DNA of 26,710 nucleotides from Verrucomicrobiota bacterium (lineage in GTDB: Bacteria > Chlamydiota > Chlamydiia > Chlamydiales > FEN-1388), in NCBI GenBank assembly GCA_018239705.1, contig JAFEGS010000001.1, positions 1 through 26,710 of the forward strand, written 5' to 3'. Under the pieces are notes generated by a model that was not told the DNA's origin, searched no databases, and worked only from the letters and a program-made list of their open reading frames with translations. The position numbers were made by a program, and so were the translations under genes. Below are positions 17,449 through 24,759 of the stretch, piece after piece (positions within the stretch are counted from its first letter, which is position 1; each line of letters begins with the position of its first letter).

Positions 17449-17464
17449 CTCTCCATTGTCCATG

Positions 17465-17497
17465 CCCTTGCCTGACCTATTTGGACTCCGGCAAGGG
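17465..17497. terminator. GC-rich hairpin between convergent ORFs (possible terminator)
   Basis: CCCTTGCC/GGCAAGGG 8-bp stem with a 17-nt loop; no U-tract. Confidence 0.3.
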
Positions 17498-17510
17498 GGT
17501 CGGAGGGAGG

Positions 17511-18968
17511 TTAACAAAATAAATCCTCCAGCACTAGTTCATTATGAATAAGCTCGGTTGAATATTCGTTTTTTTGCAGGCCAAAAGGCGTAATGAACGT
17601 TATAAAGATGGTTTTTGTGGTTTTGGTCACTTCCCGAAAAACTCTAATCTTTGCTTCTATTTCTTTTGCATAGCTCTTTGTAATAGCAAACAAACTATTA
17701 CAAAATTTTATCTCGAATATATTAATGCAATCATCTTTTCTATCAAGAAGTAAATCTATTTGCACACCAATTTCTGATTTATCCTTAGGTTTATAGGCCC
17801 ATTGAGATTCCGTTGTAAGTAATGCAGAAATTCCTAGTGCTTTTTTAATCTGTGGGATATGTTTGAAACAGAGGCTTTCAAAAGCGTATCCAGCCCATGT
17901 TTTCCAGCGTGGTTCGCTTTGCATCTTTAACCAGTACTCGCTGTCATGTCCCATGAGTACACCAGATTTTACTTCTTCAATCCATGAGAGATAAAAATAA
18001 GAATATTCATCCACCAGCCACAGGCGCTTGTTCTTTGCCTTCTTCTGAAATTCAGGATTTATAGCAATAAATCCAGACTCTTCAAGTTCTTCTAATATGG
18101 CTGTAGATTGCCCGCCAGTTGGCATATTGAGCTTTTCATAGAGCTCAAGTTTTGAAACCCCTCCCTTCTTTGCTGCGAGAGCTCTCACGATTTCTATATG
18201 TTTTGAGGGGGAGTCGAATAGAGAGTAATATAAATTAGTAAACTCAGGGACCAAGGGGCCTTGCGAAATAAAACAGAGTCGATTAATGCTTTGGGCTGCC
18301 GATTCTCCAGGGTGCACGTAGGTTAAATACTTAGCAACTCCTCCAAAACACATATAAAGCTCTGCAACCAGCTTATGAGAAAGGGTAACTCCTTGTGATT
18401 GGAGAAATTTCATTGATTCGTCTAGTGTGAATGCATTGAGCTTTATAACTTCTGTTAATCTCCCATATAGGCCACCTTTATTATTGATGATCTTCTTAAT
18501 AATCCAATTTGCGGCAGATCCGCAAACAATTAAAATAACATTGCGAGCTTGAGATAGGTACTGATTCCAAAAATATTCTAACGCTTCTAGAAAGCCTGAA
18601 CATTTTGAAGCAAGCCAGGGAAGTTCATCAAAGAATAAAATTACTTTCTTTGATGGATCGATTTTGCCTACTGCTTCCTGCAGCGTAAAGAGTGCATCGT
18701 CCCAGCTTGTGGGCGGTTTTTCAGTATGAGATATTTCAAATTTTTGCTTTAGCACACGATAAAATTTCTGAATTTGAGAGCGCTTTGTGCCATTTCTTGT
18801 GCCAGTAAAAGAGAAAAAGGTTCCCTTGTCTTTAAAGAACTCTTGAATAAGGTAGGTCTTGCCTACTCGACGCCTGCCATAAATAGCCAGAAATTCGGGA
18901 TTTTCAGACCTAAGGAGTCTCTGAAGCTTTTCTATCTCCCGTTCTCTTCCAAATATTCGAGCTACCAT
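17511..18968 (-). CDS. ATP-binding protein: archaeal-type ATPase, winged helix and C-terminal PD-(D/E)XK-like (DUF234-like) domain
   Basis: IFGREREI, Walker A GRRRVGKT, Walker B LFFDELPW, CGS; central IVRALA...LYEKL...AILEELEESGFI (wHTH-like); GYAFE..C and QIDLLLD...IFEIKF. Confidence 0.9.
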   Translation of the reverse strand: MVARIFGREREIEKLQRLLRSENPEFLAIYGRRRVGKTYLIQEFFKDKGTFFSFTGTRNGTKRSQIQKFYRVLKQKFEISHTEKPPTSWDDALFTLQEAVGKIDPSKKVILFFDELPWLASKCSGFLEALEYFWNQYLSQARNVILIVCGSAANWIIKKIINNKGGLYGRLTEVIKLNAFTLDESMKFLQSQGVTLSHKLVAELYMCFGGVAKYLTYVHPGESAAQSINRLCFISQGPLVPEFTNLYYSLFDSPSKHIEIVRALAAKKGGVSKLELYEKLNMPTGGQSTAILEELEESGFIAINPEFQKKAKNKRLWLVDEYSYFYLSWIEEVKSGVLMGHDSEYWLKMQSEPRWKTWAGYAFESLCFKHIPQIKKALGISALLTTESQWAYKPKDKSEIGVQIDLLLDRKDDCINIFEIKFCNSLFAITKSYAKEIEAKIRVFREVTKTTKTIFITFITPFGLQKNEYSTELIHNELVLEDLFC

Positions 18969-18986
18969 AGCCCTACCCTCTTTTTA

Positions 18987-19084
18987 GAGTTTTAGCCAAA
19001 TCTCATAAAATAAGACACATTCGGCTAAAACTCTTAAGACTTTCAGCCGAATCTTCCATTTTAACCGAGATTCGGCTAAATCTC
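18987..19084. repeat. Array R1: two 15-17-15 inverted-repeat units with a 51-bp period, 19 nt upstream of the ATPase start
   Basis: Half-site consensus GAGTTTTAGCCGAAT: forward at 18987 and 19038, reverse at 19019 and 19070. Confidence 0.9.
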
Positions 19085-19308
19085 AAGCGATTTTTATCGT
19101 TCCAGAGAGTTGGTACATGAGTTCATCGAGGCTTACAAAGGAAACAGAGACTCCATCATATTCTCTACTCTTTCGATCCAGTACTTTCTCTTAATCAGAT
19201 GCTGCTGCATGACAACTCCAGTTTCGTTTAGTAGCACTAAGCGAAACTGTACCTTGCAAATAGTTAAGAGGAGATTGCTTAAAGGCTAAAATGAATCCTC
19301 AGCAACCC

Positions 19309-19385
19309 GAGTTTTAGCCGAATCTCATAAAACAAGACACATTCGGCTAAAACTCTCATGAGTTTCAGCCGAATCTACAATTTTA
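19309..19385. repeat. Array R2: direct copy of 18987..19063
   Basis: 70/77 nt identical by manual alignment; perfect 15-bp inverted repeat at 19309-19323 and 19341-19355, third half-site at 19360. Confidence 0.92.
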
Positions 19386-19564
19386 CGGCTCTCTCGTTTG
19401 CGTACTTCTGTCAATAATCGAATCTCCGAGCCATCGGGTGCAAGATAGTGGTAGGAAATGGGAATATCTCCCTCGCGATACGATTGGGGGATGTGCTCTT
19501 CGGTATGCCCAAAGATAAGGGGTAAGGAGAGGGCTAAACTCGCAAAAAATATTTTCCAATACAT
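19325..19564 (-). pseudogene. 3'-truncated cupin-domain gene with signal peptide, interrupted at array R2
   Basis: YLAPDGSEIRLL matches the N-terminal motif I recall for a small cupin family. The expected His/Glu cupin motifs are absent, and the last about 20 codons are read through R2. Confidence 0.6.
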
Positions 19565-19583
19565 AGAACATCCCCTTAAGTTC

Positions 19584-20606
19584 CTAGTGCAAATTCACAC
19601 AATCAGCAATCACTGGCATGTGGTCAGAAGCAAAAAAGCCATCCACTAAGGCTGGCTGCACGGCATGTAAGAGCACAATCATGTTTCCACCCGCAAAAAT
19701 ATGATCGAGAAAAACGCCTGGGGTGCCTTTACCTTGAAAGGGCAAGAGCGACCCCTCTTTATTGGTATAGGTGGCAAGTGGCCCAAGGGTGCCAATCAGC
19801 GCGGTGTCTCGCGAATTTCTCAAATTTTTACTTGTCAATATCTTGAGAATGTAGTTTCCGTCGTAATAGGGAAGGAAAGAATCGTCTACTCGAGGCATGA
19901 AGGTATTGAAATCGCCGGCCACTAAGCAGGCCTTCTGCTCACAGATGGGCTCGACATGGCCAACAAGAAAGCGCGCCATATATTCACGGGCATCGGGGGA
20001 GCCAAAAGGGGCATGTACGCTGAGGACAGCGAACTCTTTTCCCGTGATCTTATCAAACAGGTGCACTTCAGTAAAGGTCTGTGCTTCGGGGCCCAGTATC
20101 TCCTCAGCATCGCGGATGGTGCAGGCCTGAGCCTCCTTACATGTAAAACGAGATTTGCGGTAGAAGACCCCATGGACTTCATCTGGGTCCTTCTCCTCTT
20201 CTTCTGGAAGGTTGCCGATGAACTCATATTCCTTGCCTACCTGTTCAAGCAGGTCTGTCACCTGCTTTGGATAGAGCTGTTGAGAGCAGATGATATCGGC
20301 ATTCATCTCTTTAAGGAGCTGGACGATTCTCGGCAGGCGCTCTTTCCAGCGTAGATGTGAGGGCAGTATCTCATCGTATCTATTGAACAGCATCTGGTAG
20401 CTCACCACTCGTATGATGCTCCCTTTATGCGATAGGGCGTCGGTGATGGCTTTGTGCTGGTTTTTTGAATATTTCTTTGTCTCAATATTGGCGATAGCGT
20501 GGTAGTGATCCAAGAGAGGGGTAATGGACTCCTCTACTTTAGCAAGGAGGAGCGATGGCATCCAAAGGCTTACCAGAAGTAGAAACAACTTAATAGATAT
20601 ATTCAT
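19584..20606 (-). CDS. Secreted endonuclease/exonuclease/phosphatase (EEP) family protein
   Basis: Signal-peptide-like N-terminus; motifs SVHAPF, AGDFN, LDHIF and SDHMPV. Confidence 0.88.
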   Translation of the reverse strand: MNISIKLFLLLVSLWMPSLLLAKVEESITPLLDHYHAIANIETKKYSKNQHKAITDALSHKGSIIRVVSYQMLFNRYDEILPSHLRWKERLPRIVQLLKEMNADIICSQQLYPKQVTDLLEQVGKEYEFIGNLPEEEEKDPDEVHGVFYRKSRFTCKEAQACTIRDAEEILGPEAQTFTEVHLFDKITGKEFAVLSVHAPFGSPDAREYMARFLVGHVEPICEQKACLVAGDFNTFMPRVDDSFLPYYDGNYILKILTSKNLRNSRDTALIGTLGPLATYTNKEGSLLPFQGKGTPGVFLDHIFAGGNMIVLLHAVQPALVDGFFASDHMPVIADCVNLH

Positions 20607-22428
20607 CAGCTATTTTTCTCTTTTCTCGTCCATCTAGAATATGAAAAGTTCGCAATTTTGAAACTACTTTTTTCGAAAACTGGGTAAGAGGAATAAAAAG
20701 AATCCGTTTACCTTGACGGCTTGCTCGCTGTTTGATCTGCGCACTTGGTGGATGCAGGCCTGCGTAGACAATGACGGGCCGTGTAGAGTAGTCGCAGGCG
20801 GCAGCCAGGAGGATGTCCTGCTTGCGGTCAAACTCACCATAATCGGGATCTGACCAGACATCAAAGAGTCTTTGCGCAGGATAGGAGAGAAAAAATCCTC
20901 CAAACGTGCAGCGGACTATCCCAGGACCAACGATCATATCGGCCATAGAGGTCGAATAAAAAGCCATGTCTGATTCCTGCTCGTGTTCGCCAAGCCAGGT
21001 CATTCGGCAGGGAAATTTTTCAACACTTGCGGGAATGTCCTCTTCATCAAAGATCACCACGCAAGAGCCTACAAGGCCGGGCGGCTTGCCTTTGGCTTTT
21101 ACATAGAGTTTTTTTTCTGGCCAATGACGTATGGTCTCTTTCATGTCGAGCCCATCTTCAAGGCTTGTAGAGAAGGGGATTGTTCGAGCACCCTCTTCCT
21201 GCTGTAGCTGTGTGCCCTTTTTTTTCAGAAAAAGCCCAAACTTCTCGATTACACTGTCTTCAGGAGGGTAGGAACAGATGCCAAAGGGGTTTGGTGGATA
21301 GAGGCGGATGGCAGAGCTATCTTTTCGCAGGCGGCGGTAAAAAAGGCCCTTGTCGGATGGGCTTTTGAGGTGAAAGTGGATTTTTTTCTGGCCTCCCCAT
21401 ATCTCTTCGACAGAGAGGTCAAGCTCCGGCAGGGAATCAACATTTTTGTAGTAGGGATATTCAGTCGCTCGCTTCCACACTTCATAGGCAAAATTATGGT
21501 CCACACACCCCTTTGCGGCACCTATCAGCTGAAAAAGGTCTGGAAGAAGGCTGTCTCGAATCCGTGCCCATTTACCGGCAAATTTGAAGATTGTAGCAAG
21601 GCTTTGAGGCGATAGTGTGGAATAGCTTGCCTGTTCATAGGGAACCTGCGCCTGCTTGAGAAGGTCCCAGATGAGCTGTTTTCTGTCTGGAAGGCGGCTA
21701 CTCTCCGGTAGGAAACCATCTCTCCAGTGTTCGTATGAAAGGCTTATCCAGCCATACTCAGCCATGACTTCGCGCACCCGCTCTTCAGTGTAGGTACAGA
21801 TAGTGACTTCATCGCGCACAGCCGGCAGAAAAGTTGGGTATGAGCTGTCTTTGAGGTGCGTGAGTACCTGGCGAACATGGGCCATCCCTATGCAGACCAG
21901 AATTTTGTCGTAGGAAAAGGAGAGTTCGCGAAGCCGCCTTGCTATATGGAGCTCCCGCTTCCGGTCATGCTCTGAGCGAATGGGAGGGTCCGGCCTCAAA
22001 CAGCCTTCATAGGCTTCATAGTAATTTTTTAAACCGATTCGAGCTATTGAATAGCGGTCCGGAAGTGGCTCAGAGAGCTTTGGATAGCCCTCTATGTCGA
22101 GATCAATGCAAAAGGCCGGGATCTGTCTTTCCTGGGCAGAGCGCAACGCTTCAAAGCTTGCATCACAGGGCTCGACAGGAAAGCAGAGCCGCTCTGTGGG
22201 ACTTGTCGCAGTGATGACAGAGATATCTGGAAGCCGGCTTGCTGCATGCAGAAACGATCCTTGCAGTGTCTCGGGCAGCTCTACCGCTACACAGTCAGGG
22301 TTTAGCTTCAAAAAGGCTCTTCGTACCTCAGCCGCTACCTCCATGTTGTAGTGGACAATAGGGATGATGTAGAGAGGAGGCTTGGCAATTACGTAGTCAG
22401 GATGCATAGGCAAGCGCGTCATCACCAA
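20590..22428 (-). CDS. Conserved hypothetical MoxR partner, N-terminal TraB/DUF5682-like domain
   Basis: IIPIVHY...PDCVAVELP, RELHIARRL and VCIGMAHV resemble the TraB/GumN-like fold; overlaps both the upstream ATPase and the downstream EEP gene. Confidence 0.7.
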   Translation of the reverse strand: MVMTRLPMHPDYVIAKPPLYIIPIVHYNMEVAAEVRRAFLKLNPDCVAVELPETLQGSFLHAASRLPDISVITATSPTERLCFPVEPCDASFEALRSAQERQIPAFCIDLDIEGYPKLSEPLPDRYSIARIGLKNYYEAYEGCLRPDPPIRSEHDRKRELHIARRLRELSFSYDKILVCIGMAHVRQVLTHLKDSSYPTFLPAVRDEVTICTYTEERVREVMAEYGWISLSYEHWRDGFLPESSRLPDRKQLIWDLLKQAQVPYEQASYSTLSPQSLATIFKFAGKWARIRDSLLPDLFQLIGAAKGCVDHNFAYEVWKRATEYPYYKNVDSLPELDLSVEEIWGGQKKIHFHLKSPSDKGLFYRRLRKDSSAIRLYPPNPFGICSYPPEDSVIEKFGLFLKKKGTQLQQEEGARTIPFSTSLEDGLDMKETIRHWPEKKLYVKAKGKPPGLVGSCVVIFDEEDIPASVEKFPCRMTWLGEHEQESDMAFYSTSMADMIVGPGIVRCTFGGFFLSYPAQRLFDVWSDPDYGEFDRKQDILLAAACDYSTRPVIVYAGLHPPSAQIKQRASRQGKRILFIPLTQFSKKVVSKLRTFHILDGREKRKIADEYIY

Positions 22429-23245
22429 GGGTCATGGAGATCGCCTGGCGTAAAAAACCACCCATATCGGCTCCTTGGCTTATAGATTTTAGTCTTTTTG
22501 CAGCGTAGCGGGCAATATTGACGCCATCGCGTACGGTGTAGCGCTCATTTGCAGCGTGAGCGCGCTGTAAAAAGGCAACCACGTAGTCGAGAATTGCCTC
22601 GTCAACAAAGGGCAAGTTTTCCTCCAATATAAGCCGCTCCTCCTTTGCTTCAGGAAAATCGAGATAGATTTGCGGCTGCAGGCGGCTGTGGATATATTCT
22701 GGGATCTCAAAGGTGGAGGCATCTTCGTTTGTGGTGATGCAGATGCGAAAATCGGGATGTGCTGCAATTTTGAGCCCTGCCACAATCGACTCGATGTAGC
22801 GCCGTGAGTCGAGTAGAGGAGCAAGCGATGCCCACGATTTTTCGCCCATACGGTTGCCTTCATCGAGAATGCACACCTGACCTCGAATCATCGCAGTGAC
22901 AAGAGAGGAGGCTACATAGCGAATGCCTCCTGAGCGATCGATGACCGGGGTGATGAGAAGGTCTTCCGGCCTTGTGTCCATGGTGCATTGATAGATGTAG
23001 ACGTCGCGACTAATTGCCTTTGCAGCTGCGTAGGCAAGGGTTGTCTTTCCTACTCCGGGCTTTCCAACAAGTCTTGGGTTGAGGGGAATATCGTGCTCAT
23101 CGATAACGAGCCAAGAGGCGAGAAGCTGTTCGAGAACATCTTTTTGGCCAATCCAGCGAAGCTGGAACTCGTCTGGGCAGGCGAGAGCAAGTTCAATTCC
23201 TTGGATGACGATGCGGCTTTCTTGTTCTGTAGGTGGATTTGACAC
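22397..23245 (-). CDS. MoxR-type AAA+ ATPase (AAA_5; CbbQ/NirQ/GvpN-like)
   Basis: Walker A GKPGVGKT, QCTMDTRPEDL, Walker B CILDEGNR, HPDFRICITTN and IHSRL (arginine finger). Confidence 0.9.
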   Translation of the reverse strand: MSNPPTEQESRIVIQGIELALACPDEFQLRWIGQKDVLEQLLASWLVIDEHDIPLNPRLVGKPGVGKTTLAYAAAKAISRDVYIYQCTMDTRPEDLLITPVIDRSGGIRYVASSLVTAMIRGQVCILDEGNRMGEKSWASLAPLLDSRRYIESIVAGLKIAAHPDFRICITTNEDASTFEIPEYIHSRLQPQIYLDFPEAKEERLILEENLPFVDEAILDYVVAFLQRAHAANERYTVRDGVNIARYAAKRLKSISQGADMGGFLRQAISMTLGDDALAYAS

Positions 23246-23257
23246 AGGTAGTAACCT

Positions 23258-24004
23258 TTACATATGCATTGCTTTATTGGATCCATACATCAGCCCGGCT
23301 GATGCAATGTTGGCTCTTGCGTTGGGATACAGAGTCTCCATGTACTGTAGCATTTCCTCTGTTTTTTTGCGCAGAGAAGCTTGCCCAACCGGACAGCGGC
23401 AGGTCAGCCTGGCAAAGCCATACTGCTTGGCAAACTGTCGGATATCTTCTTCCTCGACGTAGATGAGAGGGCGAATAATCGTGATGTCGTACTGGTGCAT
23501 GAAGAGCTTGGGCAAAAGGCCCGCAAACTCACCCTTGTGGAGAAGGTTCATCAGCAGGGTCTGTGCACTGTCATCGCGATGGTGGCCAAAGGCAATGATG
23601 CTGCATCCGGCCTCTTTTGCCGCTGCAAAGAGAAGCGATCGCCGCTCTCGGGAGCAGCTGTAGCATTCCAGATTATCGAGCGTTTTTGTCGATTTGGCGG
23701 TGATGAGAGGGACCTCTAGCGCATCACAAGTGGCCTTCAAAAAGTCCTCTCCAATGGCTGCTCCGCAGGTAAATTCGCCGCCGACATTGATGGCAGTGAG
23801 CTTGAAAGGGGGAAAACCCCTTCCAGATATTGCCTTGAGAAGGAATAGGAGTGTAAGGCTGTCTTTGCCCCCACTGAGTGCGATGGCTATCGAGGTACTC
23901 TCTTCGACCATGTTGAACTCATGGAGAGCCTTCCTTGTGGCGCTCTCCAATTTTTTTCCTAGACCTGTCCATGGCGGTTGTGCTATAGATATTGTGCTTT
24001 TCAT
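23258..24004 (-). CDS. ttcA: tRNA 2-thiocytidine biosynthesis protein TtcA family (PP-loop ATPase)
   Basis: PP-loop SGGKDS, CYSCSRERR, GHHRDD, IIRPL and C-terminal CRCP. Confidence 0.9.
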   Translation of the reverse strand: MKSTISIAQPPWTGLGKKLESATRKALHEFNMVEESTSIAIALSGGKDSLTLLFLLKAISGRGFPPFKLTAINVGGEFTCGAAIGEDFLKATCDALEVPLITAKSTKTLDNLECYSCSRERRSLLFAAAKEAGCSIIAFGHHRDDSAQTLLMNLLHKGEFAGLLPKLFMHQYDITIIRPLIYVEEEDIRQFAKQYGFARLTCRCPVGQASLRKKTEEMLQYMETLYPNARANIASAGLMYGSNKAMHM

Positions 24005-24051
24005 ACAAAGATAGTACTATTTTAGAATTTTTAAGGAAAGTATACGTAACT

Positions 24052-24285
24052 ATGAGTGAAAAACAAAAGAGAAATGAGCTGTGTCCCTGTGGGTCGCAGA
24101 AAAAATATAAGAAGTGCTGTGGGATGCAGAAAGCGGTGCAAAAGCAAAAAGCTTTTAGCCGGATGATAGGGCCTACAGGAGCTGCTCCCTTTGTGCAGGG
24201 GCTTACCCAGAGAGTTTTTAAGGTTCTTGGAGATGGTTCGCAAGTGAAGCAACCCAAAGATCTAGAGGGACTTAAGAAGATGTGA
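24052..24285 (+). CDS. SEC-C motif protein (77 aa)
   Basis: RNELCPCGSQKKYKKCCG; ATG 24052 avoids overlap with the divergent ttcA. Confidence 0.88.
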   Translation: MSEKQKRNELCPCGSQKKYKKCCGMQKAVQKQKAFSRMIGPTGAAPFVQGLTQRVFKVLGDGSQVKQPKDLEGLKKM

Positions 24286-24296
24286 TAGAAAATCGC

Positions 24297-24326
24297 TTGC
24301 CTGGAATAATGGATATTTGCTATAAG
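24297..24326 (+). promoter_or_regulatory. Candidate sigma70/sigma66-type promoter for tRNA-Thr/Tyr
   Basis: TTGCCT, 18-nt spacer, TATAAG with a TGn extension, 23 nt before tRNA-Thr. Confidence 0.5.
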
Positions 24327-24349
24327 TTTCAGGCGTAGCGTGATAGCAA

Positions 24350-24422
24350 GCTGACATAGCTCAATTGGTAGAGCACCCGATTTGTAATCGGACGGTTGTG
24401 GGTTCAATTCCTACTGTCAGCA
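24350..24422 (+). tRNA. tRNA-Thr (TGT)
   Basis: Acceptor GCTGACA/TGTCAGC, anticodon arm CCGA-TTTGTAA-TCGG, GGTTCAATTCC T-arm. Confidence 0.96.
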
Positions 24423-24437
24423 ATTCTTGACATGTCA

Positions 24438-24519
24438 GGGGGTGTCGCATAGCGGCAATTGCAAGGGACTGTAAATCCCTCGACTTCGGTCTCCGTTGGT
24501 TCGAGTCCAATCGCCCCCA
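24438..24519 (+). tRNA. tRNA-Tyr (GTA)
   Basis: Acceptor GGGGGTG/CGCCCCC, anticodon arm AGGGA-CTGTAAA-TCCCT, long variable arm, GGTTCGAGTCC. Confidence 0.96.
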
Positions 24520-24531
24520 TCACCATCTTTT

Positions 24532-24662
24532 GAGAGCTGTGACCTCGGGTCCAAGTACTAGGCATTAGTTTCGGCCTAGGGCATCAGGACTGCGAGAACC
24601 AAGCAATTAATCCCAAGGTTTGGGAGTGCCGACTAATATGAGGCATGGCTCTCTCTTTTTTT
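24532..24662 (+). ncRNA. Putative structured non-coding RNA of unknown class
   Basis: End-to-end stem GAGAGCTGTG-A-CCTC (24532-24546) / GAGGCATGGCTCTC (24640-24653) followed by a T-run; inner stem ATTAG-TT-TCGGC / GCCGACTAAT; hairpin TCCCAA-GGT-TTGGGA. Confidence 0.45.
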
Positions 24663-24732
24663 CATCATGTTAAATATCTGATTCCTGTACAATGAAAGTT
24701 GAAAGGATCGGGAGTTCCCGATCGGCGTCTTA

Positions 24733-24755
24733 CCTCGGTGTATACCGGGGTTTTT
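24733..24755 (+). terminator. Intrinsic terminator
   Basis: CCTCGGT-GTAT-ACCGGGG stem-loop followed by TTTTT; also lies just past the stop of the convergent gene. Confidence 0.6.
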
Positions 24756-24759
24756 CGCT

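Noticed and set aside
17150-17460. Minus-strand broken frame containing GKWLLFF and ending DDYVAYKRAAHARINF as a specific pseudogene, or as the missing cupin half
   Set aside because: Two internal stops and only a vague motif resemblance; no cupin motif found. blastx would be needed.
18987-19385. Possible IS/MITE or CRISPR
   Set aside because: The two long copies are direct, not terminal inverted repeats; no transposase, no identifiable target-site duplication, and spacers of 17 and 4 nt. The half-sites also do not match XerC/D dif-type 11-6-11 sites.
23919-24407. 162-aa minus-strand ORF
   Set aside because: It begins in the antisense of tRNA-Thr and overlaps ttcA and the SEC-C gene; shadow ORF.
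24519-24525. Extra CACCA after tRNA-Tyr as an att-site duplication
   Set aside because: Too short, with no second copy of the tRNA 3' end and no integrase in the window.
24560-24590. Hammerhead-like CTGATG...GAAAC on the minus strand and twister-like GGGTCCAAG on the plus strand
   Set aside because: The core reads CUGAUGC rather than CUGANGA and lacks proper stems I and III; the twister consensus continuation is missing.
24583-24604. SRP-like CAGG...AGCA
   Set aside because: The intervening sequence cannot form the 3-bp stem plus GNRA loop of SRP helix 8.
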